Below, in pieces: positions 30,857 through 40,603 of a stretch of 64,000 nucleotides of DNA. The translations under genes and the position numbers were made by a program. Below the pieces are notes generated by a model, which worked only from the letters and a program-made list of their open reading frames with translations, was not told the origin of the DNA and made no database searches. The DNA lies in IMG/VR virus record IMGVR_UViG_3300047560_000921, positions 62,001 through 126,000 of that record. One strand, given 5' to 3'. Numbering within the stretch: the stretch's first letter is position 1; every line of letters starts with the position of its first letter.

Positions 30857-31664
30857 GGGAATTATAACTTATGCAAACAATGAGCAGTACATCAAGCAAG
30901 CGGTAATACTAGCAGTAACAGCACGTAAAAATAGTAACTTGCCGGTATCGCTAGTCGTTCCTGAATCCGTAGTAGTTGACGATTCATTTAGAAACTACTT
31001 TGATACAGTAATTTCGCTAGAGCTTAGTGTTGGGCCTGACAGGGGCTTATTAGATACTTTGACTAATAGTCCTTACGAAAATACACTGTTCTTGTATAGT
31101 GACTCTTTAGTATTGTCTGATATTAATGATATCTATGCACAGCTAGACTTTTATGACATTGTCATGAATGATCAGTTGCTCGACTTTAAAGGCAGCAACA
31201 TTACTAGACAGTTATATGAGCAACGTAAAATTATAGTCAAGAACAATTTAACTGATGTATGGAGCAATGCTATCTTGTATAAGAAAACGGATAACTTGTT
31301 GGAATGGACCAAGTTGGCACACCGCATTATTACATTTTGGCAATTTTTCAGGGATCAACACTTAACTGAGTACGGTATAGACGATAAGCTACGTTTAAAG
31401 TTTAACACTGCATTATGTCTAGCTATGAAATTAGCAGACACTACTGTGGCCCGAGGATTTCCGCTTACAACATTATCCATGCAAGAAGAAAACACTGCAA
31501 GTTTAGCATGGGCCAACTTGGACTGGTTTGTATTTTTAAATGCATGGATATTAGACAACGGGCAAGTTAAAGTTGAAAACTATGTTCAGTCAGGAATACT
31601 TCATTACGGCAAGAGTTGGATGAACGATGATATTTACAATAGACTACTAAAAGTATATGCATGA
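30849..31664 (+). CDS. Glycosyltransferase-like paralog with degenerate DxD
   Basis: KGIITYA..YIKQA..LA, SPYENTLFLYSDS, LHY.K; collinear with 29972..30856. Confidence 0.55.
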   Translation: MSKGIITYANNEQYIKQAVILAVTARKNSNLPVSLVVPESVVVDDSFRNYFDTVISLELSVGPDRGLLDTLTNSPYENTLFLYSDSLVLSDINDIYAQLDFYDIVMNDQLLDFKGSNITRQLYEQRKIIVKNNLTDVWSNAILYKKTDNLLEWTKLAHRIITFWQFFRDQHLTEYGIDDKLRLKFNTALCLAMKLADTTVARGFPLTTLSMQEENTASLAWANLDWFVFLNAWILDNGQVKVENYVQSGILHYGKSWMNDDIYNRLLKVYA

Positions 31665-32640
31665 TAGTTTAAAACAATTTGCAGAATTTTTTGAAGTAGT
31701 CAAACAGCCGCCGGTACAGTACTACGTTTACTACAATCCAGAAAACGGGTCGATAGATAAAATACAAACACATCAGCAAGCCACCGGTGAGTATATAGTG
31801 TTAGATGACGCAAACAGTTATATACAAAGTATCCTAACTGCGAAGTCTAGTGAAAACGATTACATTGTTGCATTTGACAAGGAACAAGATACAAAAGGTC
31901 TTTTTAAGAAAGACACTTTCCTTAGAAAGCTACATTCTAATAATGACAACCTGTATGGTATACCGTTCAAAGCTGAAGCAGACTTTAAAGATCAAATCAA
32001 TTTAAATTTTCATCTGAGTACACAACGACTGGAAATAGCAGTCAATAGGTCAGCGTTGGAAAACTTATTAAAGGCAGTACACACTGAAAAGATACATTTG
32101 CAGACTTCTGAAAAGATTGTGTTTTATATAACTGACAAATACGATCCAAACCTTATACACGATACGATTGTTTGCGACCCAGATGCATTATTAAATAGTA
32201 GACTAAATTTTAAGTTAGATTGGCTAACAGAAGAAAAGCTAAACAGAATAATAATTTGGACAAAGCGTTTCTTCCATTCGTATTCTTGGAGTTGGCAGGC
32301 AGTTCAATATGTTACCCCAGTGGCCAACGGCGACATATACAGCATCAATAATGGACATTGTTCCGCATCACCTGACTGCCACTTACGGTTGCAATTTACT
32401 AACAATGGTGTTATTATTACTAGTAACCTTAAAGATCCTGCCAACGTTAAATTTTATGATGAACTGGCATGCCATGTTATAAAAGGCAATGACCCTAGTC
32501 AGTACTATGGTACGTTTAGTATACCTCCTGATAAAGTTGCTAACGGCCAAACATACACAATCGATTATGTAAAGCCAATAGATGACTTAGGCATTATTTT
32601 TAATAACACGAATATACGATTACACTGGACAACAGAATGA
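31657..32640 (+). CDS. Hypothetical protein
   Basis: 327-aa ORF translationally coupled within the GT block; two IT/IK..DP repeats. Confidence 0.6.
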   Translation: MHDSLKQFAEFFEVVKQPPVQYYVYYNPENGSIDKIQTHQQATGEYIVLDDANSYIQSILTAKSSENDYIVAFDKEQDTKGLFKKDTFLRKLHSNNDNLYGIPFKAEADFKDQINLNFHLSTQRLEIAVNRSALENLLKAVHTEKIHLQTSEKIVFYITDKYDPNLIHDTIVCDPDALLNSRLNFKLDWLTEEKLNRIIIWTKRFFHSYSWSWQAVQYVTPVANGDIYSINNGHCSASPDCHLRLQFTNNGVIITSNLKDPANVKFYDELACHVIKGNDPSQYYGTFSIPPDKVANGQTYTIDYVKPIDDLGIIFNNTNIRLHWTTE

Positions 32641-33620
32641 TAGTACCTATTACAGAATTTGATGTAGTTTTTATGAGCTACGATGAACCCAATGCAGATG
32701 AAAACTATGCAGACTTGCTAACTAAAATTCCATGGGCACTACGAAGCCACGGTGTTAAAGGTAGCGATGCTTGCCATAAGGCCGCGGCCGCGCTATGCTC
32801 TACAGACAGATTCATTACTATTGACGCTGATAACATTGTTAGAGAAGATTTCATGAACATTCAGATTGACATTAACAAAATTGACCGCAGTGATGTTATT
32901 AGCTGGGCTGGTAAGAATGTAGTTAACGGTTTAGTCTACGGCAACGGTGGGATTAAGTGCTGGCCAAGACATGTGGTAGAGCAAATGAAAAGCCATGAAG
33001 CATCGGATACACCCGAAAGCCAAGTTGATTTTTGCTGGAACATTAATTACATTCAAATGAATAATGTGTATAGCGATGTGCTTAATAACGCAACTCCCTA
33101 TCAGGCATATCGTGCAGGATTCCGTGAAGGTGTAAAGCTAGGATTGGAGCGTGGCGTAACAGTTGATCCTAGAAAATTTAAACAAGCAGTTCACTATAAA
33201 AATTATCAACGTTTGCTAGTATGGGCTAGTGTTGGAGCAGATGTACCCAATGGCGAATGGGCAGTATATGGTACTCGTCTTGGATGTTACTTGACTAACA
33301 TGAAACGAGATGAGTTTGATTTTGTCAATGTCAGAGACTTTGAGTGGCATGACGAATTTTGGGCCAAAGAAGTTGCACCTAAATTCTCTGGCAATGGCAA
33401 AACTTGTCCTCGTAGCGGATACAGCTGGGACCCGCAAGCATTACAACAGGAAACATTAAGACTGGGTGTAATATTAAAACAAGAATTAGGACTAGAGTTA
33501 GCAGACTTAGACGCCGAAGCAAGCAAATTCTTTAAAGCAACCTATGTAAACCCTAATAGGCTCGGACCAATGATTCGAGAGGACTCAGTACTCAAGGGAG
33601 TGGGATCAGACAATGAGTGA
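32637..33620 (+). CDS. Glycosyltransferase-like (GT-A), family B copy 1
   Basis: FDVVFMSYDEPNA, HGVKG..HKAAA, IDAD, NGLVYGNGG.K, GFREGVKL. Confidence 0.7.
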   Translation: MIVPITEFDVVFMSYDEPNADENYADLLTKIPWALRSHGVKGSDACHKAAAALCSTDRFITIDADNIVREDFMNIQIDINKIDRSDVISWAGKNVVNGLVYGNGGIKCWPRHVVEQMKSHEASDTPESQVDFCWNINYIQMNNVYSDVLNNATPYQAYRAGFREGVKLGLERGVTVDPRKFKQAVHYKNYQRLLVWASVGADVPNGEWAVYGTRLGCYLTNMKRDEFDFVNVRDFEWHDEFWAKEVAPKFSGNGKTCPRSGYSWDPQALQQETLRLGVILKQELGLELADLDAEASKFFKATYVNPNRLGPMIREDSVLKGVGSDNE

Positions 33621-35025
33621 TTATAGTTACTTTAATCAAAGATTAGGACACATTAAACAGGTTATCGATAATGTAAGTCCTAGCTTCTGTGCGGCTAAAT
33701 GGACGCAAGTAACTATTCATTTACAAACAGGAATGACGCATAGTTGCCACCATCCTATGCAACATAAGATTCCGTTAGAAGAAATTAAATCTAATCCTAG
33801 CGCCCTGCACAATACTGCGTACAAAAAGAACCAACGTGCTCAAATGTTAAACGGCGAGCGGCCACGTGAGTGTGACTATTGCTGGAGAGTGGAAGATACA
33901 GAAGGTACTCACTTTAGCGACAGGATATTAAAGACTGCCGAAGAGTGGAGCTACCCATACATGCATAAGATTGTCAATGCACCGTGGGACGATAACACTA
34001 TACCAAGCTATGTTGAAGTTAGTTTTGGTAACGGTTGTAATTTTAAATGTGCATATTGCAGTCCTGATATTAGTAGCAAGTGGATGGAGGAGTCCACTAA
34101 GTATGGCCCGTACAATTTGGAACATACTGTATTCAATAACGTTGAGCGTCTTAAAGAGCTGGATAGAATGCCTATACCTGACAGAGAAGACAATCCTTAT
34201 GTAGATGCCTGGTGGGCTTGGTGGCCAGAGTTGTATCCTAACTTACACACATTCCGTATTACGGGCGGTGAGCCACTGATGAATAAAAATACATTTAGGA
34301 CATTGGATTACATAGAAGCTAATCCTAACCCTAATTTGAATTTTGCAATTAACACTAACTTGTGTTTGCCTGACAGCATCATCGATAAGACTATTGCTCA
34401 ATTGAATAGGATTACTTCTAATAAGGCTGTAAAGAAACTACACATCTATACTAGTGCTGACACTTATGGTCCACATGCAGAGTACATTCGCAATGGCATG
34501 GATTATAGACAGTGGTACAAGAACATGCAACGCATTATCAAAGAATGTCCGGATGTAAGCGTTACAATTATGGTTACGTTTAACGTAATGAGCTTGCCTA
34601 TGTTTAAGTATTTCTTAGAAGATGTGGCAGCAATTAAGAACGATACAACAATTTTACGCACAGAAGAACGTAAGCATCCGTTGTACGTAGACTTTCCATA
34701 TTTAAGACATCCTGAGTTTTTAAGTAGTTTGATTGCTAGTGATAGTATGAAGGCCAGCTTTAACGAATGTGTGGATTACATTAAAGAAAACTTAGGGCAC
34801 GGTCACAAGCACCCGGATCACTTTGGGTTCTATCAGCATGAGCTACATGCCGCAGAGCGTATACAGCATTTGTTAGCCAATCATAAACTAAGTGAAGAAC
34901 AATTAAAAAAGAATCGTAGAAGTTTTGCATTGTTTATTGAAGAGCATGACAAGCGCCGCGGCACAAACTTTAAGGTAACGTTCCCAGAGCTTATCCCATT
35001 CCTTAAGGAGTGTAGAAATGCTTGA
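33613..35025 (+). CDS. Radical SAM protein with N-terminal twitch/SPASM-like domain
   Basis: CNFKCAYC, TGGEP, N-terminal C..KW...SC...CDYCW. Confidence 0.9.
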   Translation: MSDYSYFNQRLGHIKQVIDNVSPSFCAAKWTQVTIHLQTGMTHSCHHPMQHKIPLEEIKSNPSALHNTAYKKNQRAQMLNGERPRECDYCWRVEDTEGTHFSDRILKTAEEWSYPYMHKIVNAPWDDNTIPSYVEVSFGNGCNFKCAYCSPDISSKWMEESTKYGPYNLEHTVFNNVERLKELDRMPIPDREDNPYVDAWWAWWPELYPNLHTFRITGGEPLMNKNTFRTLDYIEANPNPNLNFAINTNLCLPDSIIDKTIAQLNRITSNKAVKKLHIYTSADTYGPHAEYIRNGMDYRQWYKNMQRIIKECPDVSVTIMVTFNVMSLPMFKYFLEDVAAIKNDTTILRTEERKHPLYVDFPYLRHPEFLSSLIASDSMKASFNECVDYIKENLGHGHKHPDHFGFYQHELHAAERIQHLLANHKLSEEQLKKNRRSFALFIEEHDKRRGTNFKVTFPELIPFLKECRNA

Positions 35026-35725
35026 TGTTATCTTCTTAAGCTACAACGAACAATATGCAGACCGTAACTATGAACGTCTGCTAGAAATTGCTCCACATGC
35101 AAAGCGAGTACACGGTGTTAAGGGTATATTAAACGCACACCAAGCTGCCGCACGTAAGAGCATGACTAACAACTTTTACATCGTTGATGCAGATGCGTAT
35201 ATAGTTGACGAGTTTGATTTTAGTTACACACCTACACAAAAGGAATTGATATACGGAAGAATCCCGTCAACTGATTGTGTATTCTGCTGGGCAAGCAAAA
35301 ATCCAATCAATGGATTAGAATACGGCTACGGCGGCGTTAAGTTGTTCCGTAAAGATTTATTGTTAGCTGTCACTGACTGGAGAGTTGACTTAGCAACCAG
35401 CATGGGTGCAGAGTTTGTTAGCAAGCCCGAAGTAAGTAACATCACGGCATTTAACACAGACGCTTATAGTACTTGGCGTAGTGCGTTTAGAGAATGTACT
35501 AAACTGGCTAGCGGTATAATTAGTGATGATGCTGTTACTGCTAGTAGACTCGATACGTGGTGCTCAGTAGGAGCAGACGCTCAATGTGGATCGTATGCTA
35601 TTGCAGGTGCAATAGCAGGCAAAGACTACGGAACTTTGAATAAAGATAACGTAGAAGCACTTAAATTAATTAACGACTTTGATTGGTTATATGATAGATT
35701 TAAACAACATTACCCAAACGTCTAA
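35018..35725 (+). CDS. Glycosyltransferase-like (GT-A), family B copy 2
   Basis: DVIFLSYNE, HGVKGI..AH.AAA, VDAD, NGLEYGYGGVKLF, AFRECTKL, INDFDWL. Confidence 0.7.
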   Translation: MLDVIFLSYNEQYADRNYERLLEIAPHAKRVHGVKGILNAHQAAARKSMTNNFYIVDADAYIVDEFDFSYTPTQKELIYGRIPSTDCVFCWASKNPINGLEYGYGGVKLFRKDLLLAVTDWRVDLATSMGAEFVSKPEVSNITAFNTDAYSTWRSAFRECTKLASGIISDDAVTASRLDTWCSVGADAQCGSYAIAGAIAGKDYGTLNKDNVEALKLINDFDWLYDRFKQHYPNV

Positions 35726-37775
35726 GTTCAATGTAATATTTGTTAATCAGCCGTACACAGACATAGAGCTAGCCGAAATGTGTAATGGCAAAACAACATG
35801 GTTTGTTAACGGTGAAATACAAGACGCAGAAGTATTTGACGGATTTGACTGGGGGTTCACACCAGTGGGCTACGAGTCAAAAAACTTGCACATGTGGGTA
35901 TGGCCAGACAGGAGCTTTTGGTTAGCTAAATTGATTCCTGCCAGATGGGACCTAGGTTATGTGCAATATATTACCGAACCAAAACGTAGAGTTACAGTTA
36001 GTACATATTACAACGGTGATGCACAATCTATGCTAGAGTATTTGCCGCCTACATACGATTTGAAATACGAACATGTTTGGTTATTTGACGTTACAACAAC
36101 AGACGGCAATGACATAGAGGCAGTTAGAATATCTTATGTTTCCGAGCCACAAGGCTTAAAAATCGTAGATAAAACTACAAAAAATGTCTTTAATTTAGTT
36201 AAAAATCCTGCCCTGCCTGACAGGGCATACGTAGGCATAGACACCAGCAACAAATTCCACTATAGTCAAGGAAAGTATAGACATGTATGGAACTTGGGCG
36301 GAGATGTTACCCTGCCTAATTATGACGTATGGGCTTATAGTTTAGAACCTGCTACATTTGTGGGTACAGTAGTAGAAGGCAAATTGGAAGTAACTGATTT
36401 TTACAAAGATATGACATGGGAAGTCAATCCGTTATTTGAAAATATTAAGTTTGCCGATTTCAATTTTGACTACAAGCCCTTGGCAGACAAAATGAATCTA
36501 GTACATACGTGGTACCTAGACTCTAGCTACACACCTCCAGGCGAACGTATATGGGCAGTTAGATTAACTCCTACTAACAGTTGCATGGGAGAGCTGGACA
36601 TGGGCCAACTTAGTTTAAACTTAACACCTAAAGTCATAGTGAACCCAGACTTCCAGTTGTATGATTGGAACAACGTTGTTAGCAAGTTCACACCCAGCTA
36701 CGATAGTTTGCAGTTTTTACATGTATGGTATTGCGAAGGAACAGATAAGAAGTACGGCGTTAAGATATCCTTTACAGATACAACAACAGGATACAAAGAG
36801 CATGGCTATGCTCGCCCATTTATGACAGAATGGAGCATGGGCCCGGGCGACACCAAACTGTATTGGCATTTTGATAAAGACTGTTACCCTGTTCCGCAGT
36901 GGAACAGAAAGTTTATGCCAGCTAGAGGTAATGAGTCTAAGGTGCATGTGTTTACGATGACTAATCCCAAGACTGGCCGTGTAACAGATTGGACAGGATG
37001 TTACCTTGTACCTAACGGTGTAGTACTTACAGACAAACTACGTAAGTCAGCAGTTAAGTGCTTTGAGCATGGCTGCACCGAGCAAGAGTTTGATATTGTG
37101 TTTTTAAGCAATGGCGAACCATATGCAGACGCAAACTTTGCCAAGCTAGAAAAGTTAGTACATGATAAGTCTAAGCTACACAGGGTAGATAGAGTTAAAG
37201 GTATCCTGGAAGCACACAAGGCCGCCGCCGATATTGTTACTACGGAAATGTTTTACCTAGTAGATGCAGACTGCGTCATTGAGGGTAGCTTTGCATTTGA
37301 CTTATATCCTAAATCCCATGACCGGGACACTGTATATGTTTGGCATGTACGTAACCCTGTCAACGGTTTAACATATGGATATGGTGGCGTAAAATTATTC
37401 CCCACACAGTTATTAAGAGACACTAAAGAATGGAAAATAGACTTAGCTACAAGCATTGGGGCAAAGTTTAAAGTATTGCCTAGAACAATAGGCTCTACAG
37501 AGTTTAACTGCGATCCGGAAACAGCATGGCGTAGTGGATTTAGAGAAGCAGCTAAACTTGCCAGCAAGATTATTAAAAATCAAGTTGATGCAGAAACAGA
37601 TCGTCGACTTGAAACATGGTGTACAGTTGATTTAGGTGTACCCAACGGAGAACATGCTATGCAAGGAGCACAGTGTGGCCGCACATGGGCACAAAACCAT
37701 CCTAGTTTAATTGATAAAATTAACGACTTCGAATGGTTACACAAACAATGGTTAAATTATGTTACTACAGAGTAA
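35691..37775 (+). CDS. Repeat-containing protein with C-terminal family B glycosyltransferase domain (start uncertain)
   Basis: C-terminal FDIVFLS.GEP, VDAD, NGLTYGYGGVKLF, GFRE..KL, INDFEWL; N-terminal H[VMT]W repeats. Confidence 0.7.
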   Translation: MIDLNNITQTSKFNVIFVNQPYTDIELAEMCNGKTTWFVNGEIQDAEVFDGFDWGFTPVGYESKNLHMWVWPDRSFWLAKLIPARWDLGYVQYITEPKRRVTVSTYYNGDAQSMLEYLPPTYDLKYEHVWLFDVTTTDGNDIEAVRISYVSEPQGLKIVDKTTKNVFNLVKNPALPDRAYVGIDTSNKFHYSQGKYRHVWNLGGDVTLPNYDVWAYSLEPATFVGTVVEGKLEVTDFYKDMTWEVNPLFENIKFADFNFDYKPLADKMNLVHTWYLDSSYTPPGERIWAVRLTPTNSCMGELDMGQLSLNLTPKVIVNPDFQLYDWNNVVSKFTPSYDSLQFLHVWYCEGTDKKYGVKISFTDTTTGYKEHGYARPFMTEWSMGPGDTKLYWHFDKDCYPVPQWNRKFMPARGNESKVHVFTMTNPKTGRVTDWTGCYLVPNGVVLTDKLRKSAVKCFEHGCTEQEFDIVFLSNGEPYADANFAKLEKLVHDKSKLHRVDRVKGILEAHKAAADIVTTEMFYLVDADCVIEGSFAFDLYPKSHDRDTVYVWHVRNPVNGLTYGYGGVKLFPTQLLRDTKEWKIDLATSIGAKFKVLPRTIGSTEFNCDPETAWRSGFREAAKLASKIIKNQVDAETDRRLETWCTVDLGVPNGEHAMQGAQCGRTWAQNHPSLIDKINDFEWLHKQWLNYVTTE

Positions 37776-38583
37776 AGACTTATTATACGGACTAGACGAG
37801 TACATTACAGTACAAACAAATCCTAAGTTGTTCAGAGCAATCTACAACTACATACATCATAAAAGTACAGAAAACAGGAATGCTATAGCAGATGGCGTTC
37901 CGTACATGTTACGCACTAAAACTTTAGCGACCTTGGATAGACTTGATAACAATGATACAGACGTAGACGTACTAATTGATTTGTTTTTAACTTGTCATGC
38001 AGTTGATGCAAAGTTTATTAGTAACCTGCGTACAGCAGTAAAAGAATTTCCAGAAGTTAATTGGCGCGATGGCCTGAGCAGATTCCAAATGCAAAGTAAG
38101 GTATGGGCCGCAAACATCTTAAAGAGCTATGACTTGGGTAATGTATATTTGTGTGGCGGCTGGATAGGGACACTAGCCCGTGTAATATTTGATGTATCTA
38201 AGTCAACTGCTACTATTACTAGCTTTGACATAGACGATGTTGCCAATAAAGCTAGCATGATACTAAATCTAGAATTAGCTAGTTCGGGTAAGTATGCGGC
38301 AGTAAATCAAGACATATACACTTTAGATTACACAGTTCCTGACACAGTAGTAAACACTATCTGTGAACATGTACCAGACTTCCAGCGCTGGCTGGATATG
38401 ATTCCTAGCGGCAAGTTAGTGTTATTGCAAACAAACAATATGTTTGAAATGACAGACCATGTAAATTGTGTAGAAACTTTAGAAGAATTTAAAACGCAAT
38501 GCCAGGACGTTGACATTGCGTATTCGAATACAATCAGTTATGCTGGGTGGCACAGATTTATGATTGTTGGAGTTAAACGTTAA
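37759..38583 (+). CDS. Class I SAM-dependent methyltransferase-like
   Basis: LCGGWIG (motif I-like), SFDID, NTICEH, RFMIVG. Confidence 0.6.
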   Translation: MLLQSKDLLYGLDEYITVQTNPKLFRAIYNYIHHKSTENRNAIADGVPYMLRTKTLATLDRLDNNDTDVDVLIDLFLTCHAVDAKFISNLRTAVKEFPEVNWRDGLSRFQMQSKVWAANILKSYDLGNVYLCGGWIGTLARVIFDVSKSTATITSFDIDDVANKASMILNLELASSGKYAAVNQDIYTLDYTVPDTVVNTICEHVPDFQRWLDMIPSGKLVLLQTNNMFEMTDHVNCVETLEEFKTQCQDVDIAYSNTISYAGWHRFMIVGVKR

Positions 38584-38888
38584 CCAATGTAAACGTCAAA
38601 CTGGCAGTTGTTAGTAGTACACCACTCGTCCATTAACATACCGCGTTGAATCATCAAGTCTTCGTTAACGTTAACAAAGTCTCGCAGGTCGTTGTCATTT
38701 GTAAACTCTAAAGTAACTGTACTAGTTAACCTATCCTCGCTTACTTCAACTCGTGTACCTACGAACCCGTCGTGCTCCATGGCCCGATTACGCATCTGTT
38801 CCATAATGGGATGATCCCTGTATTCTGCGAAAAAGAACTCAACATCTGGACTAGGTCTTTTCATAATAGTAATGATTTTAATGCTCAT
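38580..38888 (-). CDS. Small hypothetical protein (possible ferredoxin-like/ABM-like fold)
   Basis: AGGAG RBS and its own TAAATA at 38907-38912. Confidence 0.65.
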   Translation of the reverse strand: MSIKIITIMKRPSPDVEFFFAEYRDHPIMEQMRNRAMEHDGFVGTRVEVSEDRLTSTVTLEFTNDNDLRDFVNVNEDLMIQRGMLMDEWCTTNNCQFDVYIG

Positions 38889-38909
38889 TGCTGTCTCCTA
38901 ATGTGTTAT

Positions 38910-39536
38910 TTAGTTTATCAAATGTTCGGCATCTTTTAAGACGGATACTTCGGGATCGTGTTCGGACTTTAGTGTGTAGCTTTTTATAATAACTGGGGTA
39001 GGATTTCTGCCCTCTAGAATCCCTAAAATATTACTGCCGAATTCATACTTTGCCCTGCTATACGGTGGTACGATTTCTACAATTTTTACATCGTATAAAT
39101 GATTTCTACTTTCGGGCCCAAGTCGATGTATACCTTTTACTGTACTTTTTGTGTGCTGGTAGTCTCTTGCCATGTAGCATACCTTCCGTCCAAAGTTATT
39201 TGCACTGTCCAGGAATACTGGAGTTAGAAACTCGTTAATTACATGCAAGTTTTCTTTTAGCATAGAAAACTTATGCCTGTCGGCAAACACATTGCCTATA
39301 GTAGCGTAAGGCATACTAGACCAATGAGACCTGGTAACAAACATAGACATTTCTTCCTGCTCATTAAACCAACCCCATGCGCTATGTCCCAGCTCATTAT
39401 TAGCACTGATGTTAAATGATTTTCTAAAGTATTGGTCAATAGCAGTAGTAATCTTAACTTTCATGTTAGACCCGTGCGCTTGATATATTTCAAGCATACG
39501 TGGCAAGTCGGCACTAGTGAGTTTGCGTACACTCAT
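38910..39536 (-). CDS. GNAT-like protein, paralog A
   Basis: VRKLTSADL..MLEI start; collinear with 43558..44175. Confidence 0.5.
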   Translation of the reverse strand: MSVRKLTSADLPRMLEIYQAHGSNMKVKITTAIDQYFRKSFNISANNELGHSAWGWFNEQEEMSMFVTRSHWSSMPYATIGNVFADRHKFSMLKENLHVINEFLTPVFLDSANNFGRKVCYMARDYQHTKSTVKGIHRLGPESRNHLYDVKIVEIVPPYSRAKYEFGSNILGILEGRNPTPVIIKSYTLKSEHDPEVSVLKDAEHLIN

Positions 39537-40603
39537 AGATAGTCGGTGATGTTAATATTGTCAACAAATTCAAACTTGTCAGTAATAAAGTTATGGACAC
39601 GGCGATATCTAAACACACCTGGCAAGCTAGGGAATTTAGTCTTACGTGCAAGATAGTCTTCGTCTTTAGACAATTTGTAAATTAGTTCTTTAGCAGGGAA
39701 TTTGTAACTAACCCATGTATCTTTGATTTTACTATTGGGATTGTTCAAACTCCATTGTTGCCATTCTTCGCCTGCCCAAAAGTGACATACATGCCTATCC
39801 ATCCATGCATCGTCAATATTCTGCGAATCGTTCTTGTGACTTAAAATACGGAACTCTACTGCCTGCCACTTCATTGCAAAGTTCTGATACCACAAGTAGT
39901 CACTCCATGTTTTAATTTCCCAGGGGCAGTTTTTAATGAGCAGTTCCATTTGATCCAAGAACCACTTAGTGCGCTCTTCGTTACCAATCCTGGCATTAAA
40001 GAAATCAAAGGCAAACACTTTATAGTTGCTGTTGATTACAGATTCTGTGCCAAAGAAGTCGATGCTAGACTTTAATGTTAAGCTACCAAATACGTTATCT
40101 GCAAACTCACCAGTGATAACATAGTTGAAGCTGTTGAAGTAATTCTCAAAGCTATTGGAACTTTCTGTCTTGTAGTTACGCTTAATAACAGTTTCGTACA
40201 AGGTAGGATTTTCCTGTATACTATTGCTGTTTAAGATAATTAGCAATCGTTCTTTGAATTCTTTACTAGCATAGGTATGCATTATGTTTACAATTAGCGT
40301 ACTATCGATGCCCCCGCTATACATAATAACAGGTCTTAGATGTGTAGTCCTAACGTGTTGTTCAATCTTTTGCCATGTTAAGTAACATAGTTCTTCGAAC
40401 GTGTGCGTAAACGTTCTTACTTGAGGCATGGGATGCCTGTTAACTAGGTTAACAGGAAACTTAATAGTATTAGTTCTATCTACTAAGCTGATGCCACTGT
40501 TAAATGCTTTACTGAATACACTGTACTTGTCTAAAGCAGGGTATTGTTTACACCATTCTGGCTTGTATAAATCTAACTGGTTGTAATAAAGTAGTGCGCT
40601 CAT
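39533..40603 (-). CDS. Asparagine-synthetase C-terminal-like adenylating enzyme (no glutaminase domain)
   Basis: MYSGGIDST PP-loop and ITGEFADNVFG (AsnB GEGADE.FG motif); K..AK..I motif. Confidence 0.75.
   Translation of the reverse strand: MSALLYYNQLDLYKPEWCKQYPALDKYSVFSKAFNSGISLVDRTNTIKFPVNLVNRHPMPQVRTFTHTFEELCYLTWQKIEQHVRTTHLRPVIMYSGGIDSTLIVNIMHTYASKEFKERLLIILNSNSIQENPTLYETVIKRNYKTESSNSFENYFNSFNYVITGEFADNVFGSLTLKSSIDFFGTESVINSNYKVFAFDFFNARIGNEERTKWFLDQMELLIKNCPWEIKTWSDYLWYQNFAMKWQAVEFRILSHKNDSQNIDDAWMDRHVCHFWAGEEWQQWSLNNPNSKIKDTWVSYKFPAKELIYKLSKDEDYLARKTKFPSLPGVFRYRRVHNFITDKFEFVDNINITDYL

Noticed and set aside
35679-35725. Non-canonical ACG start overlapping the previous stop (ACGTCTAAG)
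   Set aside because: An in-frame ATG exists at 35691; cannot be decided from sequence alone
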